A stretch of DNA of 64,000 nt from the human T2T-CHM13v2.0 reference genome, Homo sapiens. Both the position numbers and the translations under genes were made by a program. The notes under the pieces are model-generated. The model had not been told where the DNA came from and did no database searches. It worked only from the letters and a program-made list of their open reading frames with translations. The DNA lies in contig CP068257.2 in NCBI GenBank assembly GCA_009914755.4, positions 24,128,001-24,192,000 of the forward strand. The letters run 5' to 3'. Below are positions 30,879 through 45,950 of this stretch, in pieces. Each line of letters opens with the position of its first letter. The first letter of the stretch is position 1.

Positions 30879-31920
30879 TGAAAATATAAAATGAAGATAT
30901 AAAAAGGCATAGTGATGCTCAAAACCCAAATTAGGGTCTGTGTAGACTGGGAAGCAGCACTTGGACAGAGACAGATGAGTGAGCTGAAGATCCAGGACTG
31001 TGGTTGTGGGTCGGAGTTGGGCTCTGTCGGGATAAATCGCTCCGCAGAAGACGGGCTAGAGTCTGCTCACCATTGAAGGAAAGGCCAGTGCGGTTTTTCT
31101 GCCCCTGAAATGTTATTCAGAACTCCTGCTGCTGACACTTTACCACTCAGGTTTCTGCGACAGTTGGGTTTCTGTGGACCTGAAGAAGAGGGAGGACACA
31201 GACTCACAAGCCGGAACGGCATGCGACGAGCCCCCCAGAGGCCCATAACTGAACTGCAGTGTCTCCAGCCGCGCCCTGTGCAATGATTTGGTTCTGCATT
31301 GCGCCCCCTAGAGGTGAGTGGAAGCAATGTCCAAGCTGTGGGCAAGTAGGATTGAGTACCCGAAGGGAGTGAAAGCAAAAAGCAAAACGCAAAAACAGCC
31401 AAGGAGCCTGCAAACCAAATATTGAGAATGCATGAAGAAATGCAATGCCAAGAAAGAAAACTGCAAGATCATCATCAAGTAAATGTGGGTCAGATAAAAA
31501 TAATAGGACAATCTGAAAGAAGACTTTCACATAAATATTTAAGGTACTTCAAGGGAAAATTAAGAGAAATATTCTAAAAAAAAAAAAGTAAAAGGTAGAG
31601 AAAAAAATGTAAGACAAAATAGGCATAAATAAACCAACTATGGGTAAACATGAAAAATAACTGATTAGAAATATGAAAAATAAAAATCATAAATATACCT
31701 TAAGAAATTGGATAAAGTATATTGGACATAATTGAAGGAGAAAATTAGTTGATGAAACCATTCATGCAGAAATAGTGGATAGATGGAAGGCTTTCCCCAT
31801 GTATTCAAAAGAAGGTCCAGAAAAGAAAATGGAGGGAAGAGTAGAGAAATTATATTTAAACAGTGACTAGCTAAGGCTTTCTCAGAATCAAGTTCAAACA
31901 CAAGTTTTTAAATTAGGAGA

Positions 31921-32091
31921 GGGCTGGGTACAGTGGCTCTCACCTGTAATCCTAGCACTTTAGGAGGCTGAGGCAGGAGGATTGCTTGAGCCCAGGAGTT
32001 CGAGGCTGCAGTGAGCCATAATCACATTACTGCAACACTACACTCCAGCATGGGCAACAGAGTGAGATTTTTGTCGCAAAAAAAAAAAGTA
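31921..32091 (+). mobile_element. Alu (sense) with an internal deletion joining left and right arms
   Basis: gggctgggtacagtggctctcacctgtaatcc...cccaggagttcgaggctgcagtgagccataatcac... is only about 170 bp. Confidence 0.8.
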
Positions 32092-32385
32092 AAAGTTAAA
32101 ACATAAAATAAATTTACTAGAAGGGTAGTTCAAGTACCAAGAATAATGAAAAATAAACCAAAATAAGACACATTATAGTAAAACTAGGAAAATTTAAGTT
32201 ACTGGGAAAAAAGATTACCACATATTAATAACTGAAGTTATTATCAGCAAAGATAGATGCATAGAGTGAAATAGTATCTTAAATAACCTTAAAGGCCATA
32301 ATTATTAGCCTAGTGTTTTATACCCAGAGAATGAGGGCTATACTAAGAGTTGGCCACAGATGTCTTCTTAATTAAAAACAATACT

Positions 32386-32731
<346 letters not shown>

Positions 32732-33769
32732 TCAGCAGGAAAAAATCTGAACCCAAAGAAAAGGCATTGAGATACAAAAATACTGTAAATATGGAAACTG
32801 ATAAAATATTTTGGTGAGAATAATATGGACTATGTAAATAAAATTATACCTCTAAGCAAGAAGAAAATGAAAGAGCAGAAAAGCAATAATGAAGCAAATA
32901 AAAAGTATGGTGATCAGGAAGATCAGGAAAAGAAAAAGCAAAGAATGAGAATAAGAAAATAGAAACAATTCCAGCTGTGTAAATAATCACTAACGGTAGA
33001 CAGATTAAACTCACCTTTTAAAGAGACTGAAATGATCAGAATGGATAATAAAGCAAAATCTAGCTGCATGTTGCCTACAAGAGGCATAGGTTAGAATTTT
33101 AAAAATAAAGGGATGTATAGTTATGCAAAATGGGAACAGTGAGTGAGAAAAGGGTGCTAAATACCTCCTTGCACATTTTTTGCTGTGGCAAGTTTCTGTG
33201 AATATATAGTTATTTCAAAATAGTTATCAAAAAGGGGAGTGGATAAAAAGCTATAGCATTCAAGTATCAACCGAGATAAAGGGGCATAGCAATATTAATA
33301 CCATACAAAATCGAATATAAGACAAAAAGAATTTAATAGGGATAAAAAGATCAGTCCATAATAATTGAAAGAACAATCCACTGAGAAAATATAATAATTG
33401 AGAACCTGAATATACCTATAATAAAACCCAGAACTGTATGAAACAAGTTCTTATGGAATTACCAGGAGAGAGAAAACCACATAGTAGTAAGATTCCAGTA
33501 TATCACTATCAGAATCTGATAAATTGGACCAAAATTAGTAAGGATGAGATTTACAAAATACATTGGCTTTATCTGATAGATACCTAGAATTCTCTCTCTG
33601 GCAAGCAGACATACATTTTTAGAGAGTATTTACAAAAAGTGTACAGGGCATTTCAAAAATTAACCACACACTATATCACTAAAGAAGTTTCAGCAAATGT
33701 CAGGGATTGAATATGACATAGACAATGTGCTCGCCTCATCATTCAATTAAATGGTAAATCAACAAATCT

Positions 33770-34080
33770 GCTTTTTATTTTTTATTATTTTTAGAAATAG
33801 GGTATATCACTTTGTCACCTAGGCTGGAGTGCAGTGGTGCAATCATAGCTCACTGCAGCTATGATTGAACCTGGGCTTAAGCCATCCTCCTGCCTCAGCC
33901 TCTCTAGTAGCCAGGACTACAGGTACGTGCCACCATGCCTGACTAATTTAAAAAATATTTTGTAGAAATGGAGGTCTCGCTATGTTGCCCATGCTGGTCT
34001 TGAACTCCTGGGCTCGAGCAGTCTTCTGGTCCTGGCCTCCCAAAGTGCTGGGATTACCTGTGTGAGCTATCATGCCCGGC
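33770..34080 (-). mobile_element. Alu (antisense, AluJ-like)
   Basis: T-rich then agaaatagggtatatcactttgtcacctaggctggagtgcagtgg...gtgagctatcatgcccggc. Confidence 0.85.
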
Positions 34081-34307
34081 AAAGTCAGTTTTTAAAACTA
34101 TTCATATGGCTGCAAACCTAAGAACTTACTTCAAAAGAATTCCCACAAAAGAATTAACAAAATTCTTAGAACTGAATGATAATTAAAGTAAGTATATCAA
34201 AATATATGGGATTCAAATATTCACATTAATTTCTAACTTTAAATGCACTCGTTTAAAAAAGAAACAAGAAAGAAATGAGTGAAGAAGGTGTCTCAAGAGC
34301 TAGATAA

Positions 34308-34618
34308 GGCTGGGTGTGGTGGCTCATGCTGTAATTCCTGTACTTTGGGAAGCCAAGGTGGGAGGATGGCTTGTCCGCAGGAGTTTGAAATCAGCCTGGT
34401 CAACATAATGGGACCCCCCCACCATCTCTAGCCCCCCCCCCCCGAATTGTTTTTAATTAGCTAGGTATGCTGGCCTGCACCTGTAGTTCCAACTACTACT
34501 GAGGTTGAGGTGGGAGGATCACTTGAGCTCAGCTGTGAGGTTGAGGCTGCAATGAGTTGTGATAGCATCACCATACTCCAACCTGGGTGACAGAGCAAGA
34601 CTCTGTCTCTTAACAAAC
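34308..34618 (+). mobile_element. Alu (sense, AluJ-like) with TSD agctagataa
   Basis: ggctgggtgtggtggctcatgctgtaattcctgtactttgggaagcc...; TSD agctagataa at 34296-34305 and 34619-34628. Confidence 0.88.
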
Positions 34619-35197
34619 AGCTAGATAAATGTAAGGAAACTATAAGAACAGAAATAAAGACAGAAATACAAATGAATGAGATAAAATAGGAAGGAATAGA
34701 AAGGGTCAAAAACGATTAGGATTAAGTAAAAGAGAACAAAAATATATGAAATTTAGAAATCATGAGTACTTTGAGCAATTTTATACCAATAAACCTGAAA
34801 AATTGTGCAACTGTAATTATCTAGGAAGAAAAGTATTAACAAACTCAAGAAAAATAGAAAAAAATTGATACCCATTTTAATTACACTGATATTATCAAAG
34901 CCTCCCTTGATAGGTGTTTCATGGACTCAAATATGTGTCTCAAATCTAATGGCAGATGCTGAAAATTGCAGGCAGGTTATTTAAGACAGTCATTTTACTC
35001 ATGAATAATTCTGTGTAGTTCTCTTTCCTCTGGAGAGAAGTAGAGGTTTTTCATTTAACAATGATTAATTTTTTTCTAGTTTATCCTGGGGAGTCTGGCT
35101 TGTTATAAACAATACTGGAGGAATAATTTTTTGGTAAATACCGTTTGTCTGCCAAATTGATGATCTCTTTAGAGAGTGTTTTTGTTGTCTGGTTGGT

Positions 35198-35552
35198 GTT
35201 TTTTTTTGTTTTGTTTTGTTTTGTTTTTTTTTTTAAGAGATAGGGTGTCACTCTGTCACCCAGGCTGGAGTGCAGTGGTACAATCATGGCACATTGCAAC
35301 CTTGAACTTCTGGGTTTAAGCAATCCTCCCACCTCAGCCTCCTGTGTCACTAGGACTATAGATGCATGCCACCACACCCGGCTAAAATTAAATTTAAATT
35401 TAAATTTAAATTTTTAATTATTTTTTTTTTTGGTGGAGATGAGGGTCTCACTATGTTGCCCAAGCTGGTCCCCAACTCCTGAGTTCAAGTAGTTCTCTCA
35501 TGTTGGCCTCCCAAAGTGCTGGGATTACAGGCGTGAGCCACTGTGCCCAACC
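35198..35552 (-). mobile_element. Alu (antisense) whose middle A-rich linker expanded into an (AAATTT)n tract
   Basis: right-arm half ..gagatagggtgtcactctgtcacccaggctggagtgcagtgg..cccggctaa, then aaattaaatttaaatttaaatttaaattt, then left-arm half ..ggcctcccaaagtgctgggattacaggcgtgagccactgtgcccaacc. Confidence 0.85.
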
Positions 35553-36049
35553 AAGATAAATTCTTGACTGTGGAATTTCTAGATCAAAAGTTTCAGTGCA
35601 CTTACTGGTTGAGAAAACACCATCCCAGGCACCATCTCCCAGTGCTGCAGAGGGGAAGACTACATGGAGTTAGAACAGCTAGAGTTCCAGGACTAACCCC
35701 ACCCTGTCACACATCCTTTCTCACTTAGCTACTGCCAGAACACCAAACCCCTTCAATCTGTATGTCTAGTGAGATCATGTAATTTATTGTCTGAACTTGG
35801 ACATACACTAAACTGCATGTCAGGATGACACATACATGCGGGGACAGCCTTGGGGGGTTTTGTCATCTTACTCATGACCCCTATTGTTCAAAGCACGTCT
35901 CCCATAAATCTGACTTGATCCTCTGTACCCCTGCCCCTACCACGCCCACACCCATATTTTTCACTGTGGCCTTCAGGTCTGCACACAGCAGATCTGCATA
36001 CATTCGGTCTCTTTGCGAAATGTTTCTTTTGCTTCCTGAATTCACCAGA

Positions 36050-36655
36050 AATGCAGCTCTCCGTTGTGAACACTCTTCTCCCTTTGACTTGGTGCTGCAT
36101 TTTAGGTGTTATTGACCGGGTTAAGGGATACGCAGAAACATTTCTGGGTGGGTCTGTGAGAGTGTTTTTGGAAGAGATTAGCATTCGAATCCACAGACTG
36201 AGTAAAGAGGATCTGTCCTCATCAATATGGGTGGACATTATTCAATCTGATGAAAGCAGGGATAGAATAAAAAGGTGGAGGAAGGGTGAATTTGCCCTCT
36301 CTTCTTGAGCTGGGGCATCTATCTTCTATCCTTGAACACTGGAGCTTCTGGTTCTCAGGCCTTCAGACTCTGGGACTTACATTACTGAGACCGCTGGTTC
36401 TCAGGCCTTTGACCTCAGATTGAGAGTAACACCGTCAGCTTCCCTGGCTCTCAGATCTTCAGACCAAGACTGAATGACACCACCAGCTTTCCTGGGTCTC
36501 CAGCTTGCACACAGCAGATCATGGGACTTCTCAGCCTCCATAATTGTGTCCAGTTCCTATAACAAATCCGCTGTTACATATCTTATACAAATCCTATTGC
36601 TTCCCTTCCTCTGGAGAACTTGACCAATACACACCCTCTTCAGGGGAGCTATTTT
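36050..36655 (+). mobile_element. MaLR LTR (MLT1-like)
   Basis: ..gtgtttttggaagagattagcattcgaatccacagactgagtaaagaggatc..cttgagctggggcatctatcttct..ctggttctcaggccttcagactc..ggacttctcagcctccataattgtgt..ctctggagaacttgaccaatacacac matches my recollection of the MLT1 consensus. Confidence 0.5.
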
Positions 36656-36991
36656 TTCTCTTATACTCCTTGTATATCAGGGTGAGAATATAAAATTCAA
36701 AGGCTTCCTTCTTGCATTTCACTGCTATTTCCAGACCATTTATCCATCTTTTTGGGGCTGGGGAGTTGGGGGAAGGAAAGATTTCACTCTATCTTTGAGG
36801 CTTAGACTACCTGACTTGAAATATTCCCTCCTCTTTATGGCTGTTGTCTGGTGGCATCCCTACCACTCCTCCTCATGGCTGAGGATCGACTGTCAGCTAT
36901 AAACATTTATCTCTACATAGACTGCCATCACAATGACCAGCAACTTCAACAATTAACATGATAGATTGGCTCTTTGATAGTATTATGTAGT

Positions 36992-37298
<307 letters not shown>

Positions 37299-37779
37299 AT
37301 ATTATGTAGTTACTGTTATTCATTTTACATTTGATAATGTAGTGTGGAAGTTTTTTCAAAGAGTCCCTTTAAAAATTAGATGCCAATCTGATATATTTAC
37401 ACATATAAGCATGTGAGTGTCTGGATTTGCTTCCAATGGTAAAGGAAGATTGGCCATGAGTTGATAATGACTAAGATGGGTGATGTATGGATGGAGGTTT
37501 ATTATGCCCTCTCTACTTTTTATGTTTAAGGGTTCCGTAACAAAACAGCAAATGAATCTGGGTGTTCCAAACCACCATGAGCTCTTTTTTCCTTGACTGC
37601 TACTCCCATGGAATCACTCAGTGTCATAGTCAGACTTAACCTTGTCAGCCCAGAAATTACCACCTCCAAAATTCCCATGTCATGCCTCTCATTCTCACAG
37701 CACTACTGCCTGTATTTCAAGCTCCCTTACTTATTCTAGGAAATTCCAGCATTCTCAACCTCATTAAGAGTTCCATTTT

Positions 37780-38075
37780 GGCTGGGCATGGTGGCTCACG
37801 CCTGTAATTCCAGCACTTTGGGAGGCCGAGGCAGGCAGACCACTTGAGGTCAGGAGTTTGAGACCAGCCTGGCCAACATGGTGAAACCCCATCTCTACTA
37901 CAAATACAAAAATTTGCCAGGTGTGGGGGTGGGTGCCTGTAGTCCCAGCTACTTGGAAGGCTGTGGCAGGAGACTCGCTTGAACCTGGAAGGCAAAGGTT
38001 GCAGTCAGCCGAGATGCCACTCCAGCGTGGGTGACAGAGCCAGATGACAATGTCTCAAAAAAAAAAAAAAAAAAA
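37780..38075 (+). mobile_element. Alu (sense)
   Basis: ggctgggcatggtggctcacgcctgtaattccagcactttgggaggccgaggcaggcagaccacttgagg...; A21 tail. Confidence 0.9.
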
Positions 38076-39235
38076 TTTTTTTTTAAAAGTGCTCCATTTC
38101 ATTGACCCAACCACCACATTCTCTCTTGTTCCTCATCCCCTTTGTGTATTCATTTGCCTCCTCGTCTAGCTTAAATGATGTTGAAAATTCTTGCCACGTC
38201 TTCAACTCCCTTGCTTTTTTTCTTTCTGACATACTTGACTAAGGAAATTCTGACAGTTGAAGTCTACTGTCTGCCATCCTGGGACCAGTGGTTGAGCAGC
38301 TGAACATTTTTAGGAGAAATTCACCCAAATGGGCTGACTTATTTATCTTTAAATTCATGTTTACAACATTTGAACTGGCATTCAACACTGTCCAGTAACC
38401 TACCAAAATTTTCCTAATGTCTGCCTACCAAGATGACTAATTCATCAGCCTCTCCTCTTTCATCAATCCTGTTGCCCACCAATTATAGCTGATGATATCC
38501 TTCGCGCATCACTAAAGTGATAAAATTAATCTGAGAGAAATATTTTACTTTCTGATTAACTAAATCTTCAAACCTCTTACATCTGCATTCCCTTCTTCCT
38601 ATCTATTCTTTCCTTTCCCTAAATAACAATTTCTCCACATGCTGTCAGAACAATTTTCCTTCCCAGGAACTTAGCTTCTTTGATGGTCTGCACTCTGTCT
38701 GCATTACTAGTCTACTAGTTTACACTGGATCATTCCCACCAGGGCCTAGGCTAGCTGGGACTTCTCAAACTGAAATTTGCACATGAGTCATCTGGAAGTC
38801 TCATAAAAATGAAAATTATGATTCAGTAGGTCTGGGGTGGGGCCTGCAATTCTTCATTTCTCAAAAACTCCAAGCTAATGCATGGGTTCATGCATCTCAT
38901 TCTTTGAGTAACAAGGCTTTAGTGCATTTTAGAATCCAAGTAACAGGTGTACATATGGTAGAAGTACAAGCAGAAGTGATATGAGAAGTACCAAGCACAG
39001 CACAGGTATCAAGCCTCAAAAGAAAAACAGGCCATATCTCTGCAGAAGCAAGCACCTTAGGGCCTTCTGCTAGGTCCAGGTCGAACTGTTTAGTGTGCAG
39101 ATTATGAACTGGTCCAGAACTGTCCAGTGGCAGTTGTGGGGATTGGGGAGCTTAGAGCAGTGGATTTTAACAACTGTGCTTGAGTATTTCAACAATCAGT
39201 AATTTGTACCAGTATGTACCAGCTGAATGCAGCAA

Positions 39236-39645
39236 ATATGGTTTGGATATTCATCTCCAAATCTCATGTTGAAACGTGATCCCTAGTGTTGGAGGTGGGG
39301 CCTAGTGGGAGGTGTTTCAGTCATGGGGGCAGATCTCTCATGAATAGGGGTGCTGTCCTCATGGTAATGAGTTAATCCCTCTGTGAGTTCACATGAGATC
39401 TGGTTGTTTAAAAGTGCCTGGCACCCCCTCCCTCTCTCTCTCGCTTTCTCTCTCACAGTGTGATGCTCCCGATCCTCCTTCACCTTCCATCATGATTGTA
39501 AGCTTCCTTAGTCCTTGCTACTAGCAGATGCTGGCGCCATGCTTCTCATACAGCTTGCAGAACCATGAACCAAAATAAACCTTTTTTTTTTAAATAAACT
39601 ACCTAGTCTGAGATATTCCTTTATAGTGATACATAACTAAGACAG
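39236..39645 (+). mobile_element. MaLR LTR of the MST/THE1 type
   Basis: atatggtttggatattcatctccaaatctcatgttgaaacgtgatccctagtgttggaggtggggcctagtgggaggtgtttcagtcatgggggcagatc..ccttccatcatgattgtaagcttcc..gcagaaccatgaaccaaaataaacc..ctaagacag. Confidence 0.65.
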
Positions 39646-39844
39646 CAATCTTTATGTCATATGACAAATTTTAGAAGAAATTAACAAAATATTCAGAGAG
39701 ACAGCTCTGAGCTCAAGTTGGGAAGAATATTCTTACAGTGCCAACCAAAAGTGAAGTGGGCTGAGTGAAAAATAATTTCCTATTCCTGAAAGGATTTAAT
39801 CCCAAGTGAAGTATTTGTCACAGAATACATAGAGAATTGTTTGG

Positions 39845-40440
39845 GTTACAGAAAAGGGGTCCAGATCCAGACCTCAAGAGAGGATTCTTAGATCTCATGC
39901 AAGAAAGAATTCAGGGTGAGTCCACAGAGTAAAGTGAAAGAAGTTTATTAAGAAAGTAAAGGAATAAAAAAATGGCTACGCCACAGAGAGAGCAGCCCTG
40001 AGGGCTGCTGGTTGCCCATTTTATAGCTATTTCTTGATGATATGCTAAACAAGGCATGGATTACTCATGCCTCCCCCTTTTAGACCATATAGGGTAACTT
40101 CCTGACATTGCCATGACATTTGTAAACTGTCATGGCATTGTGGGAAGGTAGTAGTGATGATGACCAGAGGTCACTCTCATCGCCATCTTGGTTTTGGTGG
40201 GTTTTAGCCAGCTTCTTTACTGCAAGCTGTTTTATCAGCAAAGTCTTTATGACCTGTATTTTGTGCTGACCTCCGATCTCATTCTGTGACTTAGAATGCC
40301 TTAACCAACTGGGAAGGTAGCCCAGTAGGTCTCAGCCTCATTTTACCTGGTTCCTATTTAAGGTGAAGTTGCTGTGGTTCACACCTCTCTGACATTTGAA
40401 CTAGATAATTTAAGATTCCTTGAAACCTTAGATTCAATGA
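39845..40440 (+). mobile_element. LTR-like repeat (probably ERV class I), family not assigned
   Basis: ..ggggtccagatccagacctcaagagaggattcttagatctcatgcaagaaagaattcaggg..tttattaagaaagtaaaggaataaaaaaatggctacgccacagagagagcagccctgagggctgctggttgcccatttt..cttggttttggtgggttttagccagcttctttactgc.. feels like a known HERV LTR consensus, but I cannot name it. Confidence 0.35.
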
Positions 40441-41218
40441 GTTCTACTCCAGTAGAGAACTATTATCACTCCAGTGTCATCTTAAAAAAAAAATCTAAAA
40501 CTCAATTGGACTTCAAATTGCAGTTTACTTGACGTCACAGTTTACAGACTGTTCAGATTTTTTCAGAAAGAAAAATTTTAAAATATTTAATGGATCAAAA
40601 ATAGATATTCTTTCCCAATCTTTCTAATTCTTTTCTAATTTTCTTTTTCTTTCCTTATTGCACCTAATAAGTAAATTTTTCAAGAGCATAGAAAAACAGT
40701 CAATAAACAAAAATCAGTTTCTGAAGACTCGTGGTAAACAGTTGGAAAGTGAAATTATGATAAAGAAAAACATTTACAAGCAAATGCAGCCAGAACATGA
40801 TATACTTAGGGATAAGCTGAACAAAATACATGTAAGACCTGTTTGTATACCCAAAACTACAAAATAGTGCTTGAAGAAGTAAAAGAAGACATAAATAAAT
40901 GGAAAGATATACCATGTGATTGGAAGATTTAATATTGCTTAGATGACAATTTTTCCCAAATTGATCTATAGATTCAATGCATCCCTGATCAACATTGTAT
41001 AGGCTTTTTTTTTCAGTAGAAATTTGAGCTGATTCTAAAATTTATGTGAAAATACAAAATACCTAGAATACCCGGGGCAATTTAGAAATAGATGAACAAA
41101 ACTGGAAGACTTACACTACCCAATTCCCAACCTACCTTCATCATGACTGTGACATTGGAGTAAGACTCAATGGACTAAAATAGAGAATCTAAAAACCTTG
41201 CTTATATGGTCAATTAAA

Positions 41219-41518
41219 TTTTTTTTCTCTTTTTTTTGAGACAGTGTCTCACTCTGTTGCCAAGGCTGGAGTGCAGTGGCACCATCTCGGCCCACTGCAA
41301 CATCCACCTCCTGCGTTCAGGCAATTCTCCTGCCTCAGCCTCCTGAGTCGCTGGGATTACAGGTGCGTGCCACCATGCCTGGCTACTTTTTTGTATTTGT
41401 AGCAGAGACGGGGTTTCACCATGTTGGCCAGGCTGGTCTTGAACTCCTGACCTCATGATCTGCCCACCTCGGCCTCCCAAAGTGCTGGGATTACAGGCAT
41501 GAGCCATCGCGCCTGGCC
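41219..41518 (-). mobile_element. Alu (antisense) inside L1 'a', TSD gtcaattaa(a)ttttt
   Basis: TSD ggtcaattaaattttt / agtcaattaattttt; Alu consensus in reverse complement. Confidence 0.9.
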
Positions 41519-41989
41519 AGTCAATTAATTTTTGACAAAGTTGCTAAGAAAATAAAATGGGAGAATAATAGTTTTTTCAACAAATGGTACTGGAATAATT
41601 GGGTATCTGTATGGACAAAACTGAGCCTCAATCATGGTATCACACCATACGTGAAAATTAACTAAGTAAATCATTAAATATAAAAGTTAAAACTTCTAAA
41701 AGAAAACTTCTAAAACAATCTTGAAGTGGAGGCAGATTTCTTAGAACATGAAAATTGCTATAACCTATATAAATGTGTAAATAAATGGGACTTTATGCAA
41801 ATTAAAGAGTGTCTATCTTTTGAAAAACTATGTCAAGAAACCGAAAAGGCAAGCCACAGTCTGGGAGAAAATTGCAATATATTTTTCTGACAAAGAACTT
41901 GCATCCAGAATATACAAAGAACTCGAACTCAATGAAAAGTCGACAAAATATTCGAACAAACATTCCAATAAGACGATATAAAAATGACC

Positions 41990-42235
41990 GGCTGGGCGTG
42001 GTTGCTCATGGCTGCAATCCCAGAACTTGTAAAGGCCAAGGTGGGTGAATCGCTCGAGCCCCAGAGTTTGAGACCAGCCTGGGCAATATAGGGAGACGTT
42101 GTCTCTACAAAAAATAAAAAATGAGGTGGGAATGTTGCTTGAGCCCGGGAGGTGGAGGCTGCAATGAGCCATGATTGTGCCACTACACTCCCTCCTGGGC
42201 GATGGGAGTGAGACCCTGTCATAAAAAAATAAATA
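41990..42235 (+). mobile_element. Alu (sense) with a right-arm internal deletion
   Basis: ggctgggcgtggttgctcatggctgcaatcccagaacttgtaaagg... lacks about 50 bp of the right arm. Confidence 0.85.
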
Positions 42236-42581
<346 letters not shown>

Positions 42582-43307
42582 TCAGAAAATGGAGATTAAA
42601 GCCCTATTAAGATACCACTACACATCCTACCTCTGCGAGAATGGCCAAAATTAAAAAGACTGACAGTGCCAGTTTTGGTGAGAATGTGGAGTAACTGGGA
42701 CTTTCAGGTATTATTGGTGGGAGTGAAAATAGTATGGTACGCAAAGCTGCAATAATCAAAACAAAACTGGCATGGAGACAGACCATAGAGACTAGTGGAA
42801 TGGAATAGAAAAAACGGAAATAACCCCTGTCACATATGGTCAAATAATTTTTGACAAGGTTGCTAAGATCATTCAATGGGAAAAGGGCAGTCTTTTAAAC
42901 AAATGGTACTGGAAAAACTGGATGTCCACATGCATGACAATGAAATTGGTCCCTTACTTTACAACGTACACAAAAGTTAACTCAAAGCGGATCAAAGACC
43001 TAAACATAAGAGCTAAAACTATAAAACTCTTAGAAGAAATTATAGCAGAAAATTTTCATGATGTTAGGTTTGAAAATTATTTCTCGGATATGGCAATAAA
43101 AGTAAAAATAGATAAATTTGACTAAATTAAAATTTAAAACTTCTGTATATGCGTATGAATAGCCAAAATCAACAAATGAGGAAAAAGCAACTTACACAAT
43201 GAGAACATACTTACAAATCACATTTCTAATAAGGGGTTAATATCCATAATATACAGTATAAAGAACTCCTACAACTCAGCAAAGAAAACCAAACAGTCCA
43301 ATTTTAA

Positions 43308-43618
<311 letters not shown>

Positions 43619-44031
43619 TTAGGGCAAATAATTTGAATGGACATTTCTCTAAAGATGTACAAATGAGCAACAAGCACAAAAAAGATGTTCAGTATTACTA
43701 ATCATTAGGGAGATACAAATGAAAACCACAAAGAGATACTACTATTAAAAAACCTGAAAATAGCAACTGTTGCTAAGGATGTGGAGGAACTGGAGAAATT
43801 CACTGTTGGTGGGATTGTAAAATGGTGCAGATGCTGTGGAAAACTATATTGTTTTCAAAACAAAGATTGAATATAAAATTACCATATGATCAAACCACTC
43901 CCCTTCTGGTTATACATCGAAAAGAATTGCAATCAGGGTCTCAATGAGATACTTATCCACCCATGTTCACAGCAGCATCATTTAAAATAGCCAAAAAGTA
44001 GAAGCTAACCCAAGCGTCCACTGGTGGATAA

Positions 44032-44503
<472 letters not shown>

Positions 44504-45091
44504 TAAATACTGTATGATTCCACTTATATCAGGTACCTCAAATAGTCAAATTCATAAAGACAGAAAATAGCATGATGGTTGCCAGGAGCTGGGGAATAGA
44601 GAGAATGGGAAGTTGTTTAATGGGTACAGAGTTTCAGTTTTGCAAAGTGAAAAGACCTTTGGAGATTGGTTGCACAGCAATGTGAATGTACTTAGTGCTA
44701 TCGAACTGTATACAGTCATCCCTCAATATTTGTGCAAGATTGGTTCCAAGATCCTGCTCATTGCCAAAATCTGTGGATACTCAAATCCCTTATATAGAAT
44801 GGTAGTATTTGCATATAACCTCTGCACATCCTCCTATATACTTTAAATCATTTTTAGATCGCTTATAATACCCAGTACAATGTAAATGCTATGTAAATAG
44901 TTGTCAGACTGTGTTATTTGTATTAATTTTTTAATGTTGCATTTTAAAAAATATTTTGACTGCTCTGCATTCGGATGAATCTATGGATGTGGAGCCTGCA
45001 GTTACAGAAGGCCTACTGTACTTAAAAATGGTTAAGATGGTTACTTTTATGTTAATTAATTTTTAAAAATTAATTTTGAATAGTATGGTAC

Positions 45092-45129
45092 AACCCCTTT
45101 GGAAAACACATTGGCACTTTTTTATAAAG

Positions 45130-45161
<32 letters not shown>

Positions 45162-45950
45162 AGAATCTTGCTCTGTTGCCCAGGCTGGAGTGCAGTGGCA
45201 TGATCTCAGCTCACTGCAACCTCTGCCTCCTGAGTAGCTGGGACTACAGGCCTGCACCACCACACACAGCTAATTTTTCTGTTTTTAGTAGAGATGAAGT
45301 TTCACCATGTTGGCCAGGCTGGTCTCGAGCTCCTGACCTCAAGTGATCTGCTGCCTCTGCCTCCCAAAGTGCTGGGAATTATAGGCCAGAGCCACGCGGC
45401 CGGCCTCTTTTCTATAAAATTAAATGTACACTTTCCATAATATCCAGAAACTCCATTGCTACACTTTTACCCAAGATAAATAAAAACATGTCCTCAAAAT
45501 GACTTGTATGCAAATGTTCACAGCAGCTTAATTAATAGCCCCAAATTGGAAAGGGCCATCAATAAGTAAATGGATAAGCAAATTGTGATATTTATACAAT
45601 GAAATACTTTTTAGCAATACAAAGGAATGAGCTATTGACACATACAACATGGGTGAATTTTTAAAATATTATGCTGAGTGAAAGAAGCCAAAACGAAAAA
45701 GTACTTACTGTATTATTCCATTTATACAAAATTCTAGAACAGGCCAAACTAATCTGTAAAGGTGGAAAGCAGATCGTGTCAAAGGGAGAAAACAAAATTG
45801 ACCCAAAGGGCATGAGACGGGGGTGATAGAAATGTTCTGTATTTTAAGTGTGTTGGGGGCCATGTCTGCACGCAGTTTTGGAGCAAGCAAGCAATACTCT
45901 TTCTTGGTCAAGCAAATGAAAGCGTTTCCCAGATTCTGATAAAAGGAGCA
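45092..45950 (+). mobile_element. L1 'a' resumed: ORF2 C-terminus plus 3' end
   Basis: continues QPLWKT.. straight after the TSD; ..AIQRNELLTHTTWVNF*NIMLSERSQNEK.. is the L1 ORF2 C-terminal motif. Confidence 0.7.
45130..45405 (-). mobile_element. Alu (antisense, internally deleted) inside L1 'a'
   Basis: T27 then aaaacagaatcttgctctgttgcccaggctggagtgcagtgg..; TSD cttttttataaag / tcttttctataaaa. Confidence 0.88.

Noticed and set aside
31067-31530. Two overlapping minus-strand ORFs of 111 and 108 aa
   Set aside because: No recognisable motifs. They lie across the CpG-rich block and the start of the old L1. They are more likely chance ORFs; see the related finding on the CpG block.
35825-36308. 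Three ORFs of 85-116 aa on both strands
   Set aside because: They lie over the MLT1-type MaLR LTR (36050-36655) and its flank and have no protein similarity. LTR-derived sequence explains them.
39283-39483. 66-aa minus-strand ORF
   Set aside because: It lies wholly within the MST/THE1-type MaLR LTR at 39236-39645.
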